64,000 nucleotides of DNA, taken from contig JBLDXI010000081.1 of NCBI GenBank assembly GCA_047495785.1, positions 35,582 through 99,581 on the forward strand. Reading direction: 5' to 3'. The notes under the pieces are model-generated. The model was not told where the DNA came from, ran no database searches, and saw only the letters and a program-made list of their open reading frames with translations. Numbering within the stretch: the first letter of the stretch is position 1; every line of letters starts with the position of its first letter. This document shows, piece by piece, positions 24,412-37,028 of this stretch. The DNA comes from Lepidodermella squamata. Its lineage: Eukaryota > Animalia > Gastrotricha. A program made the position numbers and the translations under genes.

Positions 24412-25945
24412 TTAGACAAAGAAACTAACAGATCTTCCTAGTCTTGAGACACAATAACCAGGCTGGGACCACGTCGAATTTGAGCGGCACAGTATGGAAG
24501 CATTCCCTCTGATCGCAAAGTTTAGGTTGCAGAATATACGTCGGGTGGCTCCGACGCTAGACAGACCAAGAGATACGTTGCCGTTTTGAATCGCCGGAAC
24601 GGTACCGCAGCCTCAATAGGACGCGTTTCAAATGCCTTGTAAATGTTTAGAGGTTTTCCTTACCTAGAAGGGTACACCTTCCATTTATCAGTGGTCGAAA
24701 TGGAGGCATGCACGTGGCAAAATTAACTGATGATGAGTAGGTATATCCAGGGTTACATTTAACGCTCACGAACCCGCCTTTTTCCACAGCAGCTCCAGGC
24801 CTTAGAACTAAGCCAGTATCTTCCGAAGTATCTGGGTCCACACGAGTCACAAAGCCCGCGGTTACATTCGGTACGGCACAAGACTGTTCTGTAGTAATAC
24901 TGTAGCTTCGAACATCTGAGTTCTCCGATATCCAATCAAGAACCTTGCATGTTCGACTGTAGATTCCAGGAGAGTATCCGTTGCATGACTCATCGCCATT
25001 CGAAATTATGCCGAGAAGGTACATCTGCCTTGATTTCGAGCACATTAGCGGGCCTCCAGAATCTCCAAAGCAAACGTCGCTGTTATCGGCAGCCAAACAC
25101 ATCTTCGAGTCGGTGATGTTGACCGGATCTGATCGACCGCGGGAATACTCCAGTGAGCAATTCCGGTAAGATCGAACTTGAAGTTCCAGCTTCCTCGGGA
25201 TCTCAGATAATCTGGCTAAAATACGAAATAGTGATAAGGCTGTGGTGATAATGGTGTCTAACTGCGCGCGAAATGACCCCAGCCAGCTGCAACCGCTGAA
25301 CCGCATTGGTCGATCGAACTTGTGATGAAAGTGTTGTTTCGGCACATGGTTGTCACGTCAGGTAAACAAATCGGTTTGATCTGCTGCGAGAATCTAGGAA
25401 CAGGACTCATCAATCGCAGTAGAGCGAAGTCGTAGTCGTAGAAATTCCGACTTCCGTTGTAAAGCGGATGAACCACAGGTGGCAGAGAAACAAAGGATTC
25501 GTAAGAGGCTGTCTCAGTCCGAACACTTATGTTATGCCGACCTAGAAATGCTTTGATCCTGTAGAAACAAAAAATGGACAATCAAAAATAGCTGGAATAC
25601 AGAAAAACTACAAGATTGGAGTTTCCTCGGAGTTCCAAACGCAATGAGCAGCAGTTATCAGCCATTGCCTCGAGATGAGAGAAGCTCCGCAATATAGGGT
25701 TGACGTTTCGCGGCTGTTGTAAATCTCGAGGAAGACCTTGCACAAACATCCCGTTTCAGTTCATTTGAATTACCAGTTGAACTTACTAGCCATGGGTACT
25801 CATGTGCTTCTACTGGGCGACTGCCGGGGCCTCTTGATTTCCCCGTAGCGGTGGGGTTCACTGCGCCGCATTCGAGATCTTGAGCATCCACTACTCTGGA
25901 TACCAAACTGGACCAAAGGAGAGTGATTGTTATGAGACGGCGCAT
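24412..25945 (-). CDS. Secreted trypsin-like S1A serine protease with 2 C-terminal sushi/CCP domains, copy A
   Basis: Signal peptide; LITAAHC, YDYDFALL, DVCFGDSGGP (Asp189); followed by CCP-like modules. The 3' end is uncertain. Confidence 0.85.
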
Positions 25946-26648
25946 TTTGTATGCTTTATACAGAAAAAGCTGACCTACAGGCTACAGCTTACTACAAAAC
26001 GCCTGTTCGTGTAGCTTGTAGCTTGCGTCTAATGTTTAATGCAATTCTTTTATTAACAATTCATTTCTCCTGCGTTTTTCTCTCATTGTTATTTTACCTA
26101 GGTAAGTTATATAAGAAAGACCATTCGTAGTAGGCCTGATGACAAGTATAAATAAAAGTATAAATAAAACGAAGCAATAAAACTCTGAAGTTCCATCTTT
26201 TTTCTCTGCAATTCGCAATTTCATGTTTTCTCTGGAATCTTGAATACTTTTCTGGAAATTCGCCGATAGGTGCAATAATTCATGAATTTCGGCAAGAATT
26301 CTGTGGCAGTTATCCGGAAAAATTCCGGAAATTTCAGAAAAATCCATGATGTTCTTGAGAACTTTCTCTATTCGGCGATAAAAAACTTCTCGACTTTTAG
26401 AAAATACAAATGAATTTATTATGAAAATGGTTATGAAAGTAATTTCAAAGTTACATACTAGCATGATCAATGAAAATCCCATTGTTTCCAGATTGACAGC
26501 ATAAAGATTTTATTGATTGATAATGCGCAGAGTGATAAACGATATTTCTCTTAACCAATTTCTTTTTGAGAAGGTATAATTGAAAGGTTGAAAGCTAATC
26601 ATAGCATTTTTCAGTCTTGACATCTCGCAGTAATATTTCGCTTTTATT

Positions 26649-29146
26649 TTAAATTCGCTCGCACAATCCAGCGATGAGATTGAAGCATTGTTGCTGCTTC
26701 AGCTGATCATTGTCCAACGCGTAGCCTAGAATATATCAAATACAAAGCAACCGAAAACGTTCGGCGAAAAACTCACAGTACTCTGTTTCGCTGGGCGCAG
26801 GGTTACCGGCGATTTGAATCAGCGAGCTATCGAAGGTCTGGCCTGTTATCCAAGTTTTCTCAGCCAGATCCGACCTTTTTCCATTTGTCCAAACGTACAA
26901 TGTGCCGAAATCGTTCATCATACTGATGGTTCGGTTGTACGTATCGTTGTCGGTTACGGTTGGAAGCGCCCGGCTTAACGACAAGCACTTAGCCGCAGCA
27001 TGCGACCAGTTACCGACAAGCTCGTTCGAGAAGAGAGACCTGAGACTTGCAGAATCCTAAGCATGCAATCTGTGTAGCTAAGGGATAAAAAGTTCCAGAA
27101 CTCACGTTGCCGCTTCTGTAACAAACCGCGCTGTCAGCTGGTTGCGAACAGTCCTTATCGACCAAGCCGTTTCCAGTTATTGCCAGACCTAAAGGCACAG
27201 CAAGGAAACTGAACAATACATCGGAAATCGGAAACAAATTGTTTTATAAAGAGTATCTAGTTTGCGGATCAGTGCGCGAAGTACCGAGAGATTCGGGGTA
27301 CGGGGTACGTATCATACCACCAAGTTGACAAGGTCGAAGTTGAAACCCTTTGGTCGCAAATTTCTGGCCTGAAACCTGATACCTGATAATTCAAGGATCC
27401 TACTTCGCGTCCTATGCCCTCGAATTTGCAAGGCCAAGGTGGAAAGCTTAAATGAAACAACTTTGATCATAAAATGTTGGCCTATAAGTTCGGATCCTAT
27501 AAGGAATAGAGGAATCCATTAAAAGGATATAGAAATCCTATAAGGAATATAGGAACCCTGTAAAGGATATAGGAATCTTATAAGGAATATAAGGATCCTA
27601 CATCGCGCCCTTTTGTGGATGCGTATTAGAAAATTGACCAGTTTCACTTACAAGAGCCCCAACCCGCTGGGCTGTTTGAATCCCAGAACGGCGACGTCAT
27701 GTCGACGATCGAGTTATCGGCCTGCCAGCGAAAAGTACCCGTCAACCCTATGAGAGCCACGCCGCTGGGAGGCAGGGCGAGAATCGCTGCAGCGACATCG
27801 GCCTTGGTCTGCATGGTGGCTAGCCGGCCGCCGTTTTGTGCACAGGCATCTAGTTGCATGCGGAAGGTGCCGATAAACTGTGGTGATATGAAGTACGTCT
27901 TGTTGGAGCCTAGAGCGAGAATTTCGAGCAAGCACCTGGCGTGATTTGCCGCGAACTTGGGCGCAGAACTATAGGTTTTCACCTGTGAAAAAGCAATCGA
28001 TAATGCAACGAAGAACTGTTTACTTAAAACTTACTCGTGTGGTTCCAGCTGGGCAGTTGCTGTAGCATTTTTTGCCAGTAGGAGTGTCACACTGAACAGC
28101 GTACTATACAAAATTCATTTTTCCAATTCATATTTAATTGAGATGGCTCGCAAGCAGCTCTTACCCATGATTCACAGTTGTCCTTGTTCCGATAGACTCG
28201 GCTCGAGTACTGGTCAGTTTCGTTGGCGAGGCAGCCGGTGCTGTTGAGGCGGCATGCGATGAACTTGCCATCGGCTGCATTGAAACACCGTTTGTGTGGC
28301 TTCCGAACATCAGGAAGCGTAGCTTTACCGAAAAATTAAGACAAATCGAAAACGTTTATTGAACAATGACTAGCCACCGCACCATTAGCGCTACGAAGGC
28401 AAGTGTCCAGATTTCCAATTTTCGACTGGCCCTTTACCTATGAAAGAACAATTTCGATTAGAACTTGTGAGGGAGGACAAGGCTAACGGGGAAAACATTG
28501 AAGCAAGGCGTGCCACTAGGAACGCATGTACCGAATTCACCACCAGCAGATGCGAGGCACGAGTCGAAGGCTTGGCTCTATCAGTCCAATGTGAAATGCA
28601 TTCCTGAATATAGTACGGTTGAATCCTATTACCGTAAAAGTGGCTTCACTCGAAAAACAATTCCCAACATTCGTCTTGTGCGGGATAGCCCCGTTGAACG
28701 AGCCACTGACCTGGCCAAAACAGAAATTTCACGGAAATTCGACTATTTTAGGTATCATCACCTGTATTTCATCGCGTTTACAGCCTGGAATTCCAGGTCT
28801 ACAGCGAATCGTGAAGGTTGACCAGCGGTAGCACATCCTGGCAGTCTAGAATCATAAATTAGTTCACTATTAGCAAGCACTTTGTAGCAAGACTTACAGC
28901 TCGCAAGCACATCGTTTGATTCGTTAGGTTTCCCCCATACTTGAGAATAACCCGAATTGTTGCTCATTTCAGGCAATAAGTTCGGAATTGTACCTGGTAT
29001 TCTTGCAAGAGAAGACAGCCGCCTGGAAGCTGGCGGCAATCCACAAACGAATCATCGACCTGTGAATAACAGCGAACCCAGGCCGTACACTCGACTACGC
29101 CAATGAGCGCCGCAGTCGCGATAACAATTTTAAAACCGCAATTCAT
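26649..29146 (-). CDS. Secreted protein: five 4-Cys repeats + two C-type lectin-like domains (multi-exon)
   Basis: Signal MNCGFKIVIATAALIGVVEC; short GT-AG introns link five C-x-C-x-C-x-NxxxC repeats; CTLD motifs CAQNGGRLA..IGL..FRWQAD and C.SLSRALP..VWTNG. The last exon frame is uncertain. Confidence 0.7.
27493..27600. repeat. ~20-bp intronic minisatellite (ATCCTATAAGGAATATAGGA)n
   Basis: About 5-6 degenerate units, each partly self-complementary. Confidence 0.8.
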
Positions 29147-29498
29147 GAATAGATTTGTAACTCTAACTTGATTTGACCATGAAAAAAACGAGATGCTTTT
29201 AAAATTTAAATGGACTCATTCATAAAATCACTCGCGTTATTTAATTTCAAGATTCAATGATCTGTTTGTGTCCTGCTACAAAGTGAACGCAACGAATCGC
29301 GTGTGTGTTTTTATTCATTTTTTACGCCCATAAAACCAGGCTACAAAATAAAAATTTAACATGATGTGATATAATTCAAGACACATAACATAGAAAACCG
29401 ATTTTTATCCACTTTTTATTTAGTCAAACAAATTTGTTGCTGCAGGGTGCGATTTTGGAATCCGGAGCTCACTATAAGAAATAGACTAACAGAGTTAT

Positions 29499-30899
29499 TC
29501 ACTTGGTCATTAATACAATCACAACAACATCAATGAAAACAGTGATGATGAGAATGAACACAAAGACGACAAAGTCAATCAGGCGAATGAGGCTCATATT
29601 CATGAAATTAGCTTTAATGCCTTGAAACCGCTTTCGCCCAGCCAAATCGCTAGCAATAAGGCAATAAATGGCGCAAAGCACAGCAATCGCCATTTGACCG
29701 GCTAGGAATATCAAAATGTACGGAATTTCCGCCGATTTTGGTATTGATTCACTGATGCTCGATTGCGAAACTGCATAGGCCAGTACGACAGTTATGCAGA
29801 ATGTAGGCCGATCCGGGTGCTCAGGCGGCATGAAACCAGCGGCGATCAGGACCAGTTGTAGGCAGATATTCGGGAAAAATATTGTCAGCAAATGAAACCC
29901 GTAACGACGTTCGAAATCGAATGTGAATCGTAGTAGGGAAAATTCAAAATCATCATTCGGATAATTTTCGTCCCACTCGTAACCGGCGTTGTAAGATTTC
30001 AAACGCCACATCTCACTCGGGTTAATGAAGCCGCCAACGCTCATCATGCTGATGCCCTCATCGTTAAGGACGTATTTCGTTATTTTTGTGATGAAGAAAG
30101 ATTCGATGTTCATGCTACAAGATTGCGTGTCGAAGGGAAAGCTCAAAAAGCTGCGAAATATGAATCAAAGTCACTTAAATGATAAAATGTTCAAGCCGCA
30201 ACAAATCTTGCCCTGATTTTGTTGACCATTAATAAAAGCTACGAATACAACTCTTATTCAATTCTAAATGTAAAGCCGACAAATCCTGTTATATTGACTT
30301 ACTTCAGGCTACAAAGTGATTTGTACTCGCTTTGAAGGTACATTTGTACTTGGCCATCCTTGTAATAAACGACTGTAGCACTCTTTCTCAAACTTGAAGG
30401 AAAATCAATAGCTTGGAAATTTCAGGTTTTGATTGAAAACCTTTCTATATTTGACCTTCCGAACGCATTAATATGATTGAAGATAGGCGTCCACGTCTCC
30501 GGAGCTTTCATATCGATGGCCCTAATGTGTGAATAGTTCGAAATGTGCTGCCAGGTCGCGCATGGGTGCGTCCAGGTGATAACTATCTCGCCGTAAAACG
30601 AGAACCTAGGAACATATCAAACCACAGATTCAGGACATACAAAAGATGAATTCTTACGATTGATCGTCTTCGTTTATCCCTCGGAAATAAAAGGGCGACA
30701 CTGATACATAAACGAGCGTAGTTTCGTTATAATTAGCAACAGGTCGAATGCGTTGATCAAGGCCACATCTTGATATTAGGACGTCTCTCAACTCACGTGC
30801 ATCCTGTCTGAACAACGGAATCTCCTCGTCAAGACTTTCAGCATTCGAATACGCCAAATAGGCGATAATAATTATGAATGATAAGAGGTGCTGAAACAT
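29499..30899 (-). CDS. Divergent Cys-loop channel subunit, copy 5
   Basis: Four exons in frame; CSLNFLSFPFDTQSC; M1-M4. Confidence 0.92.
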
Positions 30900-31959
30900 C
30901 CTATAGAATAGGCAGTCATTCTCAGTCGGATGCAAAATATGCCCCTCTTAGGCACATTTATTGAGCGCCTTAGAGGAATGACATGTCAATTCGACAAACG
31001 ACCAAATTGATGCTCTATCCGAAGCAAATAATTTTAGATGGTTTTGAAAACATGGGCTTGGCCGAAATGACATGGAATTACCCCATATCTACCTAGTGAT
31101 TAGTGCCGAGTAAATACACAACCAAGATCCATATCCGGTCAAATATCGGGCTTGGAAAAACGAAAATGCACGAAAACATTCGCAACAGTCATTATAGTGG
31201 AATTAATGTGATTAAGCCTATCTCGGTGCGTCATTATCTTTCCAGGTTTCCTGAAATGGAATTTGATGATCTCGAAAATGAATGCTTTTCCTAAAGAATC
31301 ACTAGTTTTTACTTCATGCTATTTCATCCCGATTAGAAGTGCTTCGGTATAAACTAAGCAATGATTGGCAATAAGCGGCGTCGCAATTTTCGGCAAAGTA
31401 CGACAGCGCGAGTTTAACCACTCTCTGAGATGGAAGTTTCACCGGGCAGGTAGGTTTAGCGAGTTGTTCGAAGGCAACGTAATTGACTCCGCCATCCGAA
31501 AGATATGACAGTCGGAGCAATAGTGGTTAGGTGCTCTGCTCAGTTACACACGCGCCGTGACTTGGAGACGAACCACTGACCTTCAGAGAAAGCACAGCGG
31601 ACGCTTAACCGCTAGCTCCCCAAATGACTTCGAGGATACAGCCGAAATATAGCTAGGAATGTCTCATTTCAAAGAGGGTGCGTATTTTTACAGCGTATTC
31701 AGCGACAAAACTCAAGATCGTAGACCGAAGTCTGGAAAATGGATTTTTGATTCGATTTTGGGCTACGAAGTCAGTTTTGCATGGGCGTAGAGTCAGGACT
31801 TCACTTTGAAGATAATTGGCTAAAGGTGCAAGCGTTCAGCGCTCTCTAGTTTCCCGGCAAATTACGGTCAGATATAACTTGGTTTTGATAAATGAAAAGC
31901 TGGAGGCTAGAAACATCAACAACAAATCATTTCAATTATTTGCAACAAATATACATTGT

Positions 31960-33530
31960 TTACTCGCTCATTAATACAAGCACAACAACATCGATGAAAA
32001 TAGAGATGATTAGAATGAAAGCAAAAACGATACAATCAATAACGCGAATGACGCTCATTCTCATCAAGTAATAAGCTGACATTTTTCGGAACCGCTCTTG
32101 CCCGGCCAAATCGCTAGCAATAAGGCAATAAATAGTGCACAGCACAGCAATCGCCATTTGACCGGTTAGGAATACCAGAATATAAGGAATTTCGGCTGAT
32201 TTCGGTATCGACTCGCTGATGCTCGATTGCGAAACTGCATAGGCCAGTACGACAGTTATGCAAAAAGTCGGTCGATCCGGTTGCTCAGGCGGCATGAAAC
32301 CAGCGGCGATCAGCACCAGCTGCAAGCAAATATTCGGGAAAATTATTGTCAACAAATGGAAACCGTAACGGCGTTCGAATTCGAAGGTGAATCGTAACAG
32401 TGAGTACTTCAATTCTCCATTCTCACTTTCTTCCAACACGTCTACGGCGTGGTATGACTTCAGTAGCCACATTTCACTTGGCTTGATAAATTTGCCAATG
32501 TTCATCAATTTAATACCCCCATCTTTGAGGAGGTATTTTGTTACCCGTGTGATGTGAAAAGATTCCAGGTCCATACTGCAGGATTGCTTGTCGAATGGGA
32601 ATTTCAAGAAGCTGCGAAAAATCAAGTTTTCAATCATCAATAGTAGGTTCCCATTTGCAATGGTGCATATAAAGCTATAACCCCAAATCCAACTGTATAT
32701 TCTTCTTCTTCTGATATTAACTGGAAGCATCTCCAAAATATCGGTTCGAAAACTCCAATTTTCAGATAGCGCGGACATAAATTTAATAGACTGTCAAAGT
32801 CTACTAACAAAAGATGGGAATCCTAAGTATAATATCCCATCCGAAATCCCCTTCCTCACGCCCAGAAAAGAAGCTAGGCGACGAAACTGATTGTTCACTT
32901 TTCACTTACTTGAGGCTGCAAGTTGATTTGTAAGTACTTTGCAGGTACATTGTTACTTGGCCATCCCGGTAAAACAAAATCGTTGCACTCTTGCTCAAAC
33001 TAAGGTGGAAAACAGAAGGATCTATACAATTCAGCGAGAATTCAACGTTCTTCTTAGAAACCTTTCAATTGTCGACATTTCGAATGCATTTATATGAGTG
33101 AACGCAGGGGTCCAAGTCTCCGAACCCTTTAAATCGATGATTCTTATATGGGAATAGTTTGAAGTGTTATTCCATATCGCGCATGGATGCTTCCACCTGA
33201 GAGCAAGCTCGCCGTGAAAAGAGAAACTATGAAATCATGTAACTATAGATTCATGGCAGACATATAGGTTTCGAATGCTTACGATTGTTCGTCTTCGTTT
33301 ATCCCTCGGAAATAATAAGGCGATATTGACGCATGAATGAGCGTAGTTTCGCTGAAATTAGCTACAGGTCGAATGCGCTGGTCGAGACGGCATCTTGAGA
33401 TCAGGATGTCTCTCAGCTCAATCGCATCCGGGTTGAACAACGGAATCTCTTCGTCAAGATTCCCAGCTTCAGAATACGCCAAATAGACTGTAAAAATGAT
33501 CGAAAATGATAAGCGGTAGTGATACATCAT
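31960..33530 (-). CDS. Divergent Cys-loop channel subunit, copy 6
   Basis: Four exons in frame; CSLNFLKFPFDKQSC; M1-M4. Confidence 0.92.
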
Positions 33531-34398
33531 TTGAAATTGTCCGGCTCTTGAAGTATCACAGATCACACAGTATCTACAGACATTATGCTCCAACTTGTGC
33601 GAATGTCATACGTAACTAGTGACTAGTGATATGCGTTGAGTAAATAAACAACCTGTATCAATCTCCTGTCAAATTTCCGGACTTGGAAAAAAACGCATGT
33701 ACGAAAATAGGTATTATGAAACAGTGGTTTTGAAATAACATTAGCTCTGCGTCAGACTCGCTAGCCTAGTGTAAAGCGGAATCCCATGTTTAATGTTTAC
33801 TCTTTGAAATGAAAACCGCGCCAGACTGTTTTCAACGTATGCAGTATAGGAATATCGATTGAGAGGGATTTGAGAGGCCCAAACGTGGACGTCAACGCTG
33901 ACGTCAACGCTGACGTGAACGTCTGGGTTGATTTGAGCTAAGAGAAAAAACTTGCAAACTTCAGGCTCACGACTCACGACTCTTATATATTGTACCGCTT
34001 TGATAGCCGAACCTATGCCGGATATTTAGGAGACATGGAGGCAATCAACGCCAATACTACTTAGTCCCAGTGTTTTTTTTAAATCGTCTGGCGTTTAACA
34101 CACTGGCTCCTGGGTTTTTAACGATTGAGGTATTCAACAATTTAATATACCTTGGTCTTCAACTAGAATCTCAAATTTTTTTGTTATCATGCATAACCGA
34201 TAGACGTTCGTGTTAAGCGTTCAGTTTCACGCTATGAGTGGTCAGTTTGCGAATTATACGATTTGCTTTCTGTTAGCTTCAGATCGAATTAATATACCAT
34301 GGTTATTTGTTACTTGCTCTTGTGAAGGCAATACCTAGAAAATAGCTTTTCGCTACTTCATTTATACGAAATCGTCAAATGAAATAAGTACGAATTGT

Positions 34399-35735
34399 TT
34401 ACTTGGTCATTAACACAATCACAACGACATCGGTCAACACAGTGATGAGGAGAATGAACCCAAAAACGATACAATCAATCAGGCGAATGAGGCTCATATT
34501 CATGAAATTAGGTTTAATGCCTTGAAACCGCTTCCTACCCGCCAAATCGCTAGCAATGAGGCAATAGATGGCGCAAAACACAGCTATCGCTATTTGACCG
34601 GCTAGGAATATCTAAATGTACGGAATTTCCGCAGATTTCGGTATTGATTCACTGACGGCCGATTGCGAGACTGCATAGGCCAGTACAACAGTTATGCAAA
34701 ATGTTGGCCGATCCGGTTGTTCAGGCGGCATGAAACCAGCAGCGATCAGAACCAACTGTAGGCAGATATTCGGGAAAAATATTGTCAGCAAATGAAATCC
34801 ATAACGGCGCTCGAAGTCGAAGCTAAATCGTAGTGCTGAATAGGTCAGCTCATCATCGCTGTCGTCCAAAACGTATTTGGCATTGTATGATTTCAAAAGT
34901 CACATCTCACTCGGGTTTATGAACTCCGCATAGTTCACTGTTTCGATGCCACCATTCTGGAACAGATATTTTGTTATCCGTGTGGTGAAGAAGGATTCGA
35001 TCCTCATGCCACATGTTTGCTTGTCGAAGGGAAAGTTCAAAAAGCAGCGAAAATCATATTGTCAATCACAGTGTTAAAATCATAACTAATGACCTTAATT
35101 TTGTTGAATAACACACAAGAAATAAAAAACTGCGATGTATTGACATACTTTAGACTACAAAGTGATTTGTAAGCGCCTTGCAGGAACATTGTTACTTTGC
35201 CATCGTTGTAGTACACAACATTAGCTTTCTTGCTTAAGCTTGAAGGAAAATGCATTGTTGGGTTGGGAAAATTTCAAGTAAAGCTTGCAAACCTTTCAAT
35301 ATTTGACTCTTCGAACGCATTTGTGTGAGTGAAGATAGGCGTCCAAGTCTCCGAACCTTTCATATCGACGGCTCTTATATGGGAATAATTCGAAATGTGC
35401 TGCCAGGTCGCGCATGGGTGCTTCCAGCTGATAGCAAACTCGCCGTAAAGCGAGAACCTGTTAACATAATGACAAATTATAGAAATTCGTATGTGCAATA
35501 TTTACGATTGTTCGTCTTCGTTAATTCCTCGGAAATAAAATGGCGACAATGATGCGTAAACGAGCGTAGTTTCGCTGAAGTTAGCGGCAGGTCGAAGGTG
35601 TTGATCGAGGCCACATCTTGAGATCAGGAGGTCTCTTAACCCACGAATATCCGGTCTAAACAACGGCATCTCCTCGTCTAGAGTTTCAGCTTTCGAATAC
35701 GCCAAATAGGCTGTAAGGATTATCAGCAACATCAT
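34399..35735 (-). pseudogene. Cys-loop channel copy 7, two nonsense substitutions
   Basis: Full exon set, but TGG>TGA at 34900-34902 and TTG>TAG at 34612-34614. Confidence 0.88.
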
Positions 35736-37028
35736 CTGGAAGTGTCCGTCTTTCGTTTGATGCGGAATCTGCCTGAATATCTGTCTAGTGATCGGTACCG
35801 AGTGAGTAAACATCCGAGATCCATTTCCTCACAAATCTCCGGACTTGGGAAAATCACACATGCACGGAAGCATACTTACGAACCATTAATTCGATTGAAT
35901 GATATAAAATATAAATTAAATGGAACATGAAGAAGTAAATCACTCGCTTTCCTGGTTTGCTGAAATGGAATGCGATATTTACTCAGCGGCTGATTAAACG
36001 TCGCTTCGGATTATCATGTATAATGCGATGAGCACACAGGAACTAAATGAGAGGATCTCGCCATTTTACTTCGCGCTATTTCATCAACAAACGAGTTGGT
36101 TATATGTTAAGCAATGAAGAATGAGTCGTAATTTTAACTAGAACCGCCTAGCTCCTAGCTATTTCCTTGATCGCGGTCCTATTCTGCCTCACTGCTGTGA
36201 ATGCTGATGCAGATTTAGGGCAACCTAGGAGAGATTTTAAGCCTTCGAGAGCCTTTTTTGACGAGCCGTAATTTCGAGCATAGTATTTGCGAGGGTGCAC
36301 ATTTTTACAGCGTATTCATTTTCATTATTAGATGCTGAATTTCGGTACTCGATTATTATGTGGTAATGAGGACAAAGGGCGATTAATGAGCCGCAAGAAC
36401 GCAAGAAAATTTCAATCCACATATTTTTCTTGAGAGGCAATTTCGGCGTCACTAAGGCTCTGAAGTCTGAGGTAAAGTTAACACGTTCAACTTTCGCATG
36501 GGCATAAGGTCAAGATTTCACTTTTGTAAAGAATAGATTTGAGGTGGGATGCAAGCTTTGAGCGCTCTCTAGTTCCCTGGAAATTTCTTGAAATTTTTGA
36601 GACTTATGGTCAGCCAGTCAGAGCTCGTTACAGTACACCAGAGAGCGAAGTAGGGCCGCAGAACTCGCAAGGATGAGGAAAAACGACGTAATGGTGCTGC
36701 TTTGGTCGTTGATTGAGTTGACTGTGCGGACCGATTGTATTGGTTAGAGATCCCTATTATTCCTAGAGGCACTTTGCTCTCTGCAGTACACGTTCAGGGG
36801 GACAAGAAAAACGTGTACCCAAAGTCCGAAAGGTGTATTTTTGCAAGTCAAAATTACCTTGTCAGTTCATAATTGGGACCGGCCAGTGTACTACAGAAGT
36901 GTACTATGGCGAGGTCTGATTGTAGCCTGGTATTCAAGGTTCTTAACGCTTTCTTGAAACACTAGAGGCTAGAAATCTTCTACAAAACATTTCACGACCA
37001 ATATTTGCTTCGAAAAAAGTCGCATTAT

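Noticed and set aside
24097-24430. Possible splice fusion of protease-sushi exons to the ankyrin exon (both phase 0)
   Set aside because: No TM segment between secreted and cytosolic domains, and a separate UTR-like exon with a GTAAGT donor (~24248) explains the ankyrin acceptor.
26036-26482. 148-aa ORF
   Set aside because: AT-rich, low-complexity repeat-like DNA with no motif.
27493-27600. CRISPR-like array
   Set aside because: Contiguous minisatellite without unique spacers in a eukaryotic intron; no cas genes.
31510-31620. tRNA-like sequence
   Set aside because: Only degenerate A/B boxes and no proper cloverleaf; at most a SINE remnant.
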